Of a stretch of 49,930 nucleotides of DNA, positions 18,392-27,721 are shown piece by piece. The DNA lies in assembly GCA_905235585.1 (NCBI GenBank), contig CAJOME010000001.1, forward strand, positions 1 to 49,930. Direction: 5' to 3'. The DNA is from an uncultured Lachnospiraceae bacterium. GTDB taxonomy: Bacteria; Bacillota; Clostridia; Lachnospirales; Lachnospiraceae. Under the pieces are notes generated by a model. The model saw only the letters and a list, made by a program, of their open reading frames with translations, was not told the DNA's origin and made no database searches. Each line of letters begins with the position of its first letter. The first letter of the stretch is position 1. The position numbers and the translations under genes are program-made.

Positions 18392-19444
18392 ATGGCACTT
18401 AAGAGAAGATACGGTAAATCTGTCGGTGATATCATAAAGATCAAATCCGACTTTTTTGAAAAAAATGATGATATGTTAAAGCTCTCTGCACATCAGGCGG
18501 ATGCTCTGCTCATACAGCCGAAGAGGACACAGTGCAAAATATGTCACGGACCCATAGGGGAAGCAGCCGGGCAGGAGAGCCTGTACGAGAGCCAGAGGAT
18601 GCGATATTTCGAATGTCCGGTATGCGGACATGTGAATGCCGGACATGAGGACAATGAGGACTTTGCTTCGAGGGTATATATTTCGGATAACTATCTGGCA
18701 AACTACTCTGAAGACGACAGACAGAAGTATGAGACAAGGAGAGATACCATCTATATCCCCAAGGCTGAGTTTCTGCTGGAAGCTCTGGAAAAGGACGGTC
18801 TTAAGAAAAATGATATCAAGCTGTTGGATGACGGAGCCGGATCGGGATACTTTGTATCTGCGATAAGGCAGCTTGGAGTAGAGCAGGCCGACGGCATAGA
18901 GATATCCGAGCCTCAGGTGCAGTTTGCCAATACCATGAACGGAGACGACATCCTTACCCAGGTGGATGCACCGGATATAGCATCCATAATAGAGACTGCA
19001 AAGGTCAACGTGATCTCCTTTATCGGGGTATTGGAGCATATCACCAATCTCGATGATATACTTGAGGCGATAAAAAAGAATAAAAACGTAAAATACATAT
19101 ATTTCTCGGTCCCGATGTTTTCCATGAGCTGCGTATTTGAAGCGGCTCATCAGCAGTGCTATAATCGTCACGCCGGAGGTACGCACACGCATCTCTTTAC
19201 CGACAGCTCCATCGCCTATATGGCGCGCGAGATCGGCTTTGAGGAGTACGCCACATGGAAGTTTGGCTCCGATATGATGGATCTGTATCGTATGATCTGC
19301 GTCAGCCTGGATCAGAATGGCAATACGAGACTGCGTGAGAAGTTCGGAGAGAAGTTCCTGCCGATGATAGACGAGCTACAGGAGGTAGTCGATCGCCACG
19401 AGGAAGCATCCGAGATACATATGATACTTAAGAGGCATTCATGA
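18392..19444 (+). CDS. Class I SAM-dependent methyltransferase with N-terminal zinc-ribbon
   Basis: CKIC...CPVC, LLDDGAGSG, GVLEHI; start could alternatively be 18377. Confidence 0.75.
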   Translation: MALKRRYGKSVGDIIKIKSDFFEKNDDMLKLSAHQADALLIQPKRTQCKICHGPIGEAAGQESLYESQRMRYFECPVCGHVNAGHEDNEDFASRVYISDNYLANYSEDDRQKYETRRDTIYIPKAEFLLEALEKDGLKKNDIKLLDDGAGSGYFVSAIRQLGVEQADGIEISEPQVQFANTMNGDDILTQVDAPDIASIIETAKVNVISFIGVLEHITNLDDILEAIKKNKNVKYIYFSVPMFSMSCVFEAAHQQCYNRHAGGTHTHLFTDSSIAYMAREIGFEEYATWKFGSDMMDLYRMICVSLDQNGNTRLREKFGEKFLPMIDELQEVVDRHEEASEIHMILKRHS

Positions 19445-20907
19445 TCTGTCTGATATTATCGATAATACTGATACTCTACGCATCGCAGATACTGCGTTAT
19501 GCCGTGCATATGTTCCAGCAGAACGGATACAAGAATAAGGTTCATGCTGTCTGGGTGGTAAGGAATTACGGCAGACATTTTACAAAGTCTTTAAGTGCAT
19601 CTCCGGCTAAAAAACCGCTCGTATATACACCGAGAGTCGTAAGGCTCCTTATAACCACGGTGATCTGGTTTTTGATCCTCTGTCTGCTTAACCGCTTTTT
19701 CGGAAACGAATATTCTCTTCTGGTACTGACGGTAGTGTATACCTTCCTGCTTGCACCTTTTGCACCCATTATTTCCAATATCATAAACAAACCGGTAGAG
19801 ACTGGCATCGCGAACGGATTTAAGAGAAAGGCCGTGCAGGCACTTGAAGACTGTCCCGATCTGAAGGTGATAGGAGTGACAGGGTCGTATGGCAAGACAT
19901 CCGTGAAGTTTTACTTAAAGGAGCTGCTTGGCGCAAGATATGAGGTGCTTGCCACGCCTGAGTCGTACAACACACCTATGGGTGTGGTTAAGACGATCAA
20001 TACCATGCTACGTCCCATACATCAGATATTTATCTGTGAGATGGGAGCAAGAAATATAGGCGATATCAAAGAGCTGTGCGACCTGGTGCATCCCGATTAC
20101 GGCATCATCACCTCTGTGGGAGAGCAGCATCTGGAGAGCTTTAAGACCGTGGAGAATATACAGAGTACGAAGTTTGAGCTTGCCGATGCCGTCTATGGGA
20201 AAACCGGCAGGGAGGACAGTATTTTCCTAAATTACGATAGTGGGTATATCACTGCATATAATAAATACAGTGGGGCGATGACTTATGCCGTAAAAGGAAA
20301 CGGAAGCTATAGCACATCAGATGTGATCACAGGGAGACAGGGTACAGAGTTTACCGTCACGGCACCGGACGGTTCTTCACAGATCTTCTCCATGAGGCTG
20401 ATAGGTGAGCATAATGTGATAAACGTAGTCGGTGCGATAGCGGTGAGTCACACGCTTGGTATCCCGCTCTCAGAGCTTGTGTTACCCGTGAGGAGACTGG
20501 CACCTGTGGAGCACAGGATGAATCTTATAGAACAGGGCAGCCTGACGATCATCGATGATGCGTACAATTCCAATCCTGCCGGGGCAAAGGCTGCGCTTGA
20601 CACTCTTGCGATGTTTACGGAGGATATGAAGATAGTCATTACACCGGGTATGGTAGAGCTGGGGATCGAACAGGACAGACTGAACGGTGTATTTGGTGAG
20701 CAGATCGCAGAGACCGCTGACTGGGCGATAGTAGTAGATAACGTAAATACAGCGGCTATCACAGACGGTCTGCGCAGAGCGGGTATGCCCATGGAAAAGA
20801 TTTACCTTGCATCGTCCTTCAGCGACGCGATGAAGTATGTATATAGGATACCGGGAGAAGCTCATAAGGTCGTACTTATAGAGAACGACCTGACGGATAA
20901 TTATTAG
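19441..20907 (+). CDS. murF: UDP-MurNAc-tripeptide--D-Ala-D-Ala ligase with N-terminal membrane segments
   Basis: GVTGSYGKTS, YNTPMG, CEMGA, DDAYNSNP, GMVELG; adjacent to ddl. Confidence 0.85.
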   Translation: MICLILSIILILYASQILRYAVHMFQQNGYKNKVHAVWVVRNYGRHFTKSLSASPAKKPLVYTPRVVRLLITTVIWFLILCLLNRFFGNEYSLLVLTVVYTFLLAPFAPIISNIINKPVETGIANGFKRKAVQALEDCPDLKVIGVTGSYGKTSVKFYLKELLGARYEVLATPESYNTPMGVVKTINTMLRPIHQIFICEMGARNIGDIKELCDLVHPDYGIITSVGEQHLESFKTVENIQSTKFELADAVYGKTGREDSIFLNYDSGYITAYNKYSGAMTYAVKGNGSYSTSDVITGRQGTEFTVTAPDGSSQIFSMRLIGEHNVINVVGAIAVSHTLGIPLSELVLPVRRLAPVEHRMNLIEQGSLTIIDDAYNSNPAGAKAALDTLAMFTEDMKIVITPGMVELGIEQDRLNGVFGEQIAETADWAIVVDNVNTAAITDGLRRAGMPMEKIYLASSFSDAMKYVYRIPGEAHKVVLIENDLTDNY

Positions 20908-20934
20908 TTAAAAAATATATCAAGGGGAGTAGTA

Positions 20935-22134
20935 ATGAAAATACGTGTAGGTGTCATATTCGGCGGACGCTCGGTAGAGCATGAGGTATCGGTCATATCA
21001 GCCCTGCAGGCCATGCAGAGTCTCGACAGCAGCAGATATGAGGCGACCGCGATCTATCTTACAAAAGACAATGATCTGTATGTCGGAGAGAATGTCGGCA
21101 ATATAGAAGCATATAAGGATATCCCGGGACTCATAAAGACATCACAGCGCGTAGTACCGGTAAAGGAGAACGGACACTATCTGCTCGCGGAGTATCCGCA
21201 CAGGATGTTTGGCATGAAGCCCATAGAACTTGATGTCATACTCCCGGTAGTGCATGGTACAAACGTGGAGGACGGTACCCTTATGGGCTTTCTTAAGACT
21301 TGGGGGATACCCTTTGCGGGATGCGACGTGACTGCTGCAGCCGTGGGCATGGACAAATATATCATGAAGACGGTCTTTGCGGATAATGATATTCCCGTGC
21401 TCCCGTGTCGCAGATATACGACTATGGACTATAAGGAGCTGGATACGACGATCGCTGATATAGAGCGCAGGATAGGCTATCCGGTCATTGTAAAACCGGT
21501 AAACTCAGGCTCTTCTGTCGGTATATCTGTGGCGCATGATAAGGATGGACTTATCAGAGCCCTTGATACGGCATTTACATTTGCAAACGTGATACTTGCG
21601 GAGCATGCGATCATGGAGCTGCAGGAGATAAACTGCTCGGTGCTCGGAGATATGGATGAAGCACTGGCATCACTCTGTGAGGAGCCGTATCATTCAGATG
21701 AGATACTCTCTTATGAAGATAAATATATGTCGGGCGGTAAGACATCAAAGACAGGCGGAGCATCCAAAGGTATGGCATCTGTTTCCAGGCAGATACCGGC
21801 ACCGATAGATGATGAGATGACGAAGAGGATACAGGAGCTTGCGGTAAGAGCTTTTCAATGCCTTGGCTGCAACGGTGTGGTAAGGTTTGATTTTATGATC
21901 GATAAGTCCAACGGGAGCCTGTATTTAAACGAGATAAACACGATACCCGGTTCGCTTTCATTCTACCTTTGGGAGCCTACGGGCATACCATACGGAAAGC
22001 TGCTGGACAGGCTGATAGAGCTGGCCGTCAAAAGAAGAAGGGACGAAGAGAAGGTGACCTTCAGCTTCGAAACAAACATACTGAATCAGTCAAGTCTGAA
22101 AGGACTTAAGGGAAGTAAAGGGAGCAAGGTATGA
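20935..22134 (+). CDS. ddl: D-alanine--D-alanine ligase family protein
   Basis: GGRSVEHEVS, HGTNVEDG, GSSVG, YEDKY, NEINTIPG. Confidence 0.88.
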   Translation: MKIRVGVIFGGRSVEHEVSVISALQAMQSLDSSRYEATAIYLTKDNDLYVGENVGNIEAYKDIPGLIKTSQRVVPVKENGHYLLAEYPHRMFGMKPIELDVILPVVHGTNVEDGTLMGFLKTWGIPFAGCDVTAAAVGMDKYIMKTVFADNDIPVLPCRRYTTMDYKELDTTIADIERRIGYPVIVKPVNSGSSVGISVAHDKDGLIRALDTAFTFANVILAEHAIMELQEINCSVLGDMDEALASLCEEPYHSDEILSYEDKYMSGGKTSKTGGASKGMASVSRQIPAPIDDEMTKRIQELAVRAFQCLGCNGVVRFDFMIDKSNGSLYLNEINTIPGSLSFYLWEPTGIPYGKLLDRLIELAVKRRRDEEKVTFSFETNILNQSSLKGLKGSKGSKV

Positions 22135-22865
22135 TTAAACTGATATTAGCGCTTGTATTTGTCATAGCCTTCCTTATCGTATCGTTGATACTGATACCGA
22201 TAGCCTATATCATAGGGCTCTTCAGCCGCAGCGCGAGAGATGCTTATTCTCAGGCAGTGGTGGCATGGGGATTCAGGGTAGTTGGTTTTATAGCCGGAGC
22301 AAGGGTGACGGAGAAGGGCAGAGAGAAGCTTCCCAAGGGGGAGGCCGCACTGTATGTAGCTAATCACAGATCCTATTTTGATATCATCCTGCTCGATAGC
22401 AGGATGCCGGTTCCGACAGCGATCATAGCAAAGAAAGAGCTCAAGGCGGTTCCCATGCTTAATTGGTGGATGGTACTAAAGCATTGTAAATTCCTCGACA
22501 GATCCGATATCAAGCAGAACCTTAAGATAGTGCTTGAGTGTATAGAGGAAGCAAAAAACGGACAGACTATACTGATCTTTCCTGAAGGTACGAGGTCTAA
22601 GGGCGATTCGGAGCTCGACATGCTCGAATTCAAAGAGGGCTCTATGAAGATAGCACTGAAATCAGGGATAAAGGTAGTTCCCGTGGCGATACACGGTACC
22701 AGAGATATCCTTGAAAAGCAATTCCCTTTGATCAAAGCATCCGATGTGACTATATCCTACGGCGATCCCATAGACCCTGCATCTCTCGATAAAGAACAGC
22801 AGAAGCATATGGGTGCTCTCTGCCGTGAGAAGATTCTGGAAATGTTGAAGGAAGTGTCCGGTTAA
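22131..22865 (+). CDS. plsC: 1-acyl-sn-glycerol-3-phosphate acyltransferase
   Basis: NHRSYFD (HX4D) and FPEGTRS motifs. Confidence 0.88.
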   Translation: MIKLILALVFVIAFLIVSLILIPIAYIIGLFSRSARDAYSQAVVAWGFRVVGFIAGARVTEKGREKLPKGEAALYVANHRSYFDIILLDSRMPVPTAIIAKKELKAVPMLNWWMVLKHCKFLDRSDIKQNLKIVLECIEEAKNGQTILIFPEGTRSKGDSELDMLEFKEGSMKIALKSGIKVVPVAIHGTRDILEKQFPLIKASDVTISYGDPIDPASLDKEQQKHMGALCREKILEMLKEVSG

Positions 22866-22917
22866 GTACCTGCCTCTGGTTCTTCCGGTCTTCTTACGTT
22901 GATGGTATAATCCAACC

Positions 22918-24180
22918 ATGCTAATAAAGAACGCGCATATCATTGATCCTGCAAATAACACAGATGATATATCTGATATCCTTATAGAGGACGGCTGCAT
23001 ATCCGGATTGGGAGCTTCACTCGGATATACCGGTGATGAGATAATAGATGCCACCGGTCTTATTGCTGCACCGGGTTTGGTTGATGTTCATACGCACTTC
23101 AGAGATCCGGGACAGACTAAAAAGGAGACGCTTCATACCGGGGCTCTTGCGGCTGCTGCGGGAGGCTATACTTCTGTAGTATGTATGGCAAATACCATAC
23201 CGGCAGTTGATACAGTCGATGTGCTGTCCAATATATTGAATAGAAGCTCTCAGGAGAAGATACACATATACCAAACTTCAGCCGTAACAATAGGACGCGA
23301 AGGCAAGACGCTTGTGCCCATGAAGAAGCTCACGGCTGCAGGAGCGGCAGGCTTTACCGATGACGGGACTCCTATCATGGATGCAGAGCTTGTAAGACAG
23401 GCAATGACAGAAGCAGCAGCTCTTGGCAAGGTGATCAGCTTTCATGAAGAAGACCCTGCTTTCGTATGGCAGGCAGGGGTAAACAGTGGAAGTGTATCTG
23501 AGACTATGGGCTTGCGCGGTGCAGACAGAAAGGCAGAATACAGCATGATCGAGAGGGATCTGCAGCTTGCGCTTGAGACGGGCGCCACAGTTGATATACA
23601 GCATGTTTCGGCTGCAGAGAGCGTGGATATCATCAGGAGATATAAAAAAGAAGACAGTCACGGACTGATACATGCCGAAGCCACTCCCCACCATTTCTCC
23701 CTTACGGAGCAGGCTGTGATCGAAAAAGGAAGTCTGGCTAAAGTGAATCCCCCACTGCGTACAGAGGCAGACAGGCAGGCTGTCATAGAAGGAATAAAAG
23801 ACGGGACGTTAGACCTTATCGCCACGGATCACGCTCCGCACACCGCGGAAGAAAAGGCAGCACAGTTTACTGAAGCCCCGTCGGGCATGATAGGTCTTGA
23901 GACGGCACTTTCGCTCGGCATAACAAATCTTGTAAAAAAGGGACATATCTCCATAAAAAGGCTGATAGAGCTGATGAGTGTCAACCCTGCAAGACTCTAC
24001 GGATTAAATGCGGGAAGTCTCAGTGTGGGGGCTCGTGCGGATATAGTCCTGTTTGATCCCGATATATCATGGACAGTTACCGAAGAAGCCATTCATTCCA
24101 AATCAAAGAATACTCCATTCATCGGCATGACTTTACAGGGTAAGGTCAGATATACAATATCTGCCGGACATATATTATAG
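22918..24180 (+). CDS. pyrC: Dihydroorotase
   Basis: DVHTHFRDPG, EATPHH, KVNPPLR, ATDHAPH, SKSKNTPF. Confidence 0.92.
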   Translation: MLIKNAHIIDPANNTDDISDILIEDGCISGLGASLGYTGDEIIDATGLIAAPGLVDVHTHFRDPGQTKKETLHTGALAAAAGGYTSVVCMANTIPAVDTVDVLSNILNRSSQEKIHIYQTSAVTIGREGKTLVPMKKLTAAGAAGFTDDGTPIMDAELVRQAMTEAAALGKVISFHEEDPAFVWQAGVNSGSVSETMGLRGADRKAEYSMIERDLQLALETGATVDIQHVSAAESVDIIRRYKKEDSHGLIHAEATPHHFSLTEQAVIEKGSLAKVNPPLRTEADRQAVIEGIKDGTLDLIATDHAPHTAEEKAAQFTEAPSGMIGLETALSLGITNLVKKGHISIKRLIELMSVNPARLYGLNAGSLSVGARADIVLFDPDISWTVTEEAIHSKSKNTPFIGMTLQGKVRYTISAGHIL

Positions 24181-24222
24181 TAAACAACAAACAAAGCCTA
24201 AGAATTATCGGAAGGAGAGAGA

Positions 24223-25401
24223 ATGAATAATTTTATCTATCACACACCTACCAAGATCATATTCGGAAAGGATACCGTAAAAGCAGCAGGAGAAGAAGCA
24301 AAGGGCATCGGAACCGGAAGAGTCCTTATAGTATACGGATCTGAGAGGATCAGGCAGTCCGGTCTGCTGGGTGCAGTCGAAACCTCCCTGGATAAGGCGG
24401 GGATAGCCCATGAATCCTTCGGGGGAGTAAAGGCCAATCCCACACTCGCACACGCAGAAGAGGGGGTAAAGAAAGCGATAGATTTTGAGGCCAATCTTAT
24501 ACTTGCCGTAGGCGGAGGCTCCGTCATAGATACCGCAAAGGGCATAGCACACGGAGCGGCAAACCCGAATAAAGTGCTTTGGGATATATGGACAAAAAAA
24601 GTGCCGCTTGAAAGATCACTAAAGGTTGCTGCCATACTTACCATTCCGGCAGCGGGTTCGGAAATGAGTGATTCAGCAGTGCTCACAAACGAAGCGGAGG
24701 GTAAGAAGTTCGGGTTTAATACCGAGTTTAACCGCTGTGCTTTTGCGATCATGGATCCTTGTCTGGCAGAGAGCCTGCCGGACTGGCAGCTTAAAAACGG
24801 TATGGTCGATATCATGATGCATACGCTGGAAAGATACTTTATATCAGATATAAAGTGCGACCTGACCGACAGCGTAGCTGAGGGAGTGATACGTACAGTC
24901 AGGGACAACGGACGCCTCGCGCTGCTGGACAGATCGGACTATGACGCCATGGCAGAGATATGGTGGGCTTCATCGGTCTCTCATAATAATCTCACCGAGC
25001 TCGGACGCGGCAAGGATTTTTCGGTGCATAAGATAGGCATGGCTCTTTCGGCAAAATACGACTATACCCACGGCGCCACACTCTCCGCGGTCTGGGCGTC
25101 ATGGGCAAGATATCTGTACAAGGGAGCCATAGGACGTTTTGCGAGATATGCGAGAAATGTATGGGGGATAGATACTGCGGATGACGAGCAGGCAGCAGTA
25201 CTCGGGATAAATGCGACGGAGAGCTTTTTCAGAGAAATAGGCATGCCGGTATCACTGCATGAGCTGGGACTGGAGGCTCCTACAGACGAGGAGATCCATG
25301 CGCTCGCCCTGCATGCGACCCTTGATGATACGGTAAAGCTGTCAAGGATACGTCCGCTTGACGCTGAGGATATAGAAAAGATATACAGAATGGCAATGTG
25401 A
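24223..25401 (+). CDS. Iron-containing alcohol dehydrogenase (butanol dehydrogenase-like)
   Basis: GGGSVIDTAK, TIPAAGSEM, D..MHTLERY, H...HG metal ligands. Confidence 0.87.
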   Translation: MNNFIYHTPTKIIFGKDTVKAAGEEAKGIGTGRVLIVYGSERIRQSGLLGAVETSLDKAGIAHESFGGVKANPTLAHAEEGVKKAIDFEANLILAVGGGSVIDTAKGIAHGAANPNKVLWDIWTKKVPLERSLKVAAILTIPAAGSEMSDSAVLTNEAEGKKFGFNTEFNRCAFAIMDPCLAESLPDWQLKNGMVDIMMHTLERYFISDIKCDLTDSVAEGVIRTVRDNGRLALLDRSDYDAMAEIWWASSVSHNNLTELGRGKDFSVHKIGMALSAKYDYTHGATLSAVWASWARYLYKGAIGRFARYARNVWGIDTADDEQAAVLGINATESFFREIGMPVSLHELGLEAPTDEEIHALALHATLDDTVKLSRIRPLDAEDIEKIYRMAM

Positions 25402-26279
25402 TGAGAGGGCAGGAGAAGATCAGCATAAAAAGAAAGGCGGATATAGCAGAGAGTGTGAAGCTTGCTGACGATATATACAGCATGACCTTTTGTACTGACC
25501 TTTGCGATAAGGCTGAGCCGGGTCAGTTCGTGATGGTCTATCCGAATAACGGAGCAAAGCTTCTCGGCAGACCCATTTGCATCGCTTCCGTAAGGAAAAA
25601 TGCTGACGGCAGCAGAGGAGATCTGCTCCGTATAGTATTCCGTACAGTAGGTGACGGGACAAGGGAGATTGCGTCATACAGAGAAGGAGACAGTCTTTTC
25701 ATAGAGGGACCGTTGGGACACGGATATCCTACAGAGGAAGCAATTTCCGGGAGGAAGCATATAGTCCTGCTCGGCGGAGGCCTCGGTGCTCCATCGCTCC
25801 TTTTTCTTGCCGAAAGACTTACTGCTCTTATGAATCCTAAGAAAACGGTTGCAGAAAATGCCATACCGAAGACATCCGAAGGACTTGACATCACGGCTAT
25901 ACTGGGATACAGGGATAGCAGTCTGAGGCAGTTCCTCGCAGATGATTTCAGACAGCTCGGCGTAAATACCGTGATAGCTACCGATGACGGATCGGAGGGA
26001 CTGAAGGGCAACGTGATAGATGCACTGAAGCAGACAGTAACGGAGCCGGATCTGATATATGCCTGCGGACCCCTGCCGATGCTTTCTGCCGTGAAGAAAT
26101 ACGCCGCATCCTCCGGGATAAGGGCTTATATAAGTATGGAGGAGCGCATGGCGTGCGGCGTGGGAGTATGTCTCGGGTGTGTCGCAAAAACCGTAAATAA
26201 GGATCCTCACAGTCAGGTGAAGAATGCCAGGGTATGCACCGAAGGACCGGTATTTGATGCAGACGAGGTGGATATATGA
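25398..26279 (+). CDS. pyrK: Dihydroorotate dehydrogenase electron-transfer subunit
   Basis: PGQFVM, GPLGHG, GGGLG, CGPLPML, MACGVGVCLGC...C 2Fe-2S motif. Confidence 0.9.
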   Translation: MMRGQEKISIKRKADIAESVKLADDIYSMTFCTDLCDKAEPGQFVMVYPNNGAKLLGRPICIASVRKNADGSRGDLLRIVFRTVGDGTREIASYREGDSLFIEGPLGHGYPTEEAISGRKHIVLLGGGLGAPSLLFLAERLTALMNPKKTVAENAIPKTSEGLDITAILGYRDSSLRQFLADDFRQLGVNTVIATDDGSEGLKGNVIDALKQTVTEPDLIYACGPLPMLSAVKKYAASSGIRAYISMEERMACGVGVCLGCVAKTVNKDPHSQVKNARVCTEGPVFDADEVDI

Positions 26280-27190
26280 GCAGCATGGATCTGAGTGTGG
26301 ATTTTGCCGGACATCATTTTAAGAACCCGCTTACCGTGGCTTCGGGCACATTCGGCTCGGGCATAGAGTATTCGAGATTTGTGGATATCGGAAGACTGGG
26401 TGCCATAACGACCAAAGGTGTATCAAACGTACCGTGGGAGGGGAACCCCACACCCAGAGTGACCGAGACGCCGTCAGGTATGATGAATGCGATAGGACTG
26501 CAGAATCCCGGTATAGATGTATTTGTCGAGAGAGATTTGAAATTTCTGGAAGATTACGATGTCCCGGTGATCGTAAATGTCTGTGGGCACAGCGTGGAAG
26601 AGTATGAGGCGGTGGTCGAAAGACTTGCGGACGATGACAGGGTGGAGATGCTTGAGATAAATGTGTCATGCCCGAATGTAAAGCAGGGAGCCATACAGTT
26701 TGGTACCGATCCCGGCATGCTCACGGAAGTGACCAAAAGGTGTAAGGACAAGGCAAAAGACAAGCCGGTGATCATGAAGCTCACGCCTAATGTGACGAGC
26801 ATAGCAGACATGGCTCGTGCCGCGGAGGCAGGAGGAGCGGATGGCTTATCGCTCATAAACACTCTTACTGCCATGAAGATAGACATATACCGGAGGAAAT
26901 TCGTGCTTGCAAATAAGACCGGAGGTCTCTCGGGACCGGCGATCCATCCGGTAGCGGTGCGTATGGTATATGAGGCAAGCCATGCGGCAGGCATCCCCGT
27001 CATAGGCATGGGAGGAGTGGCGACTTATGAGGATGCCATAGAAATGATGATGGCAGGTGCTACAATGGTTGCCGCGGGGATGATCAACTTTGCCGAGCCC
27101 GAGGCTGTGCTGAATATCCTGTCCGGTATGGAGCAGTATATGGCAGAGACCGGCACGGAGCGTATCAGGGATATAATAGGCATTTTGTAA
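26276..27190 (+). CDS. pyrD: Dihydroorotate dehydrogenase (class 1B) catalytic subunit
   Basis: ASGTFG, NAIGLQNPG, EINVSCPN, KLTPN, GGLSG. Confidence 0.93.
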   Translation: MSSMDLSVDFAGHHFKNPLTVASGTFGSGIEYSRFVDIGRLGAITTKGVSNVPWEGNPTPRVTETPSGMMNAIGLQNPGIDVFVERDLKFLEDYDVPVIVNVCGHSVEEYEAVVERLADDDRVEMLEINVSCPNVKQGAIQFGTDPGMLTEVTKRCKDKAKDKPVIMKLTPNVTSIADMARAAEAGGADGLSLINTLTAMKIDIYRRKFVLANKTGGLSGPAIHPVAVRMVYEASHAAGIPVIGMGGVATYEDAIEMMMAGATMVAAGMINFAEPEAVLNILSGMEQYMAETGTERIRDIIGIL

Positions 27191-27199
27191 GGGAGGACT

Positions 27200-27721
27200 A
27201 TGGAGGATAAATTGATGAATAAAAGCTCGCTGCAACGGCTTACGATATCCGCGATGCTGCTTGCCATATCGGTGATATTCGGGATGTTTAAGATCCCATT
27301 GTCTCAGGTATCGGAGATACGGCTTCAGTTTCTTCCGGTTGCTGTGGACGGCATGCTTTTCGGTCCATTGTACGGTGGCATAGTCGGGGCACTTTCGGAC
27401 ATACTCTGCTATATCGTGAGGCCGACCGGACCGTTCTTCCCCGGATTTACGATATCCGCGGCTGTACAGGGACTGATATACGGGCTGATCCTCCGCAAGT
27501 CTTCAGGTGTAGGACGGATAATCGTTGCACAGGCAGTCGACTGCATAGTAGTATCTCTTATACTCAATCCGGTATGGCTGATGTTGCTTTACGGGAATGC
27601 TTTTATTCCCCTCTTCATAGCACGGCTTCCCAAGGTGCTTATCATGTTTCCGATAAATACGATACTGCTTGCGGCAGTACTGAGACCCAGTAAGGTCTGG
27701 ATCGGGGCGAGGCTCACGTGA
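27200..27721 (+). CDS. folT: Folate ECF transporter S-component
   Basis: Hydrophobic 173 aa; GPLYGGIVGALSDIL...PTGPFFPGFT; overlaps folC. Confidence 0.8.
   Translation: MEDKLMNKSSLQRLTISAMLLAISVIFGMFKIPLSQVSEIRLQFLPVAVDGMLFGPLYGGIVGALSDILCYIVRPTGPFFPGFTISAAVQGLIYGLILRKSSGVGRIIVAQAVDCIVVSLILNPVWLMLLYGNAFIPLFIARLPKVLIMFPINTILLAAVLRPSKVWIGARLT

Noticed and set aside
20935-22134. Ddl as a VanA/B-type or D-Ala-D-Lac ligase
   Set aside because: The omega loop reads YEDKY (Tyr, D-Ala-D-Ala type) and no vanH/vanX/vanRS genes are nearby.
27190-27200. THF riboswitch before folT; PyrR attenuator before pyrC
   Set aside because: Intergenic gaps (9 nt and ~52 nt) are too short and show no matching structure.
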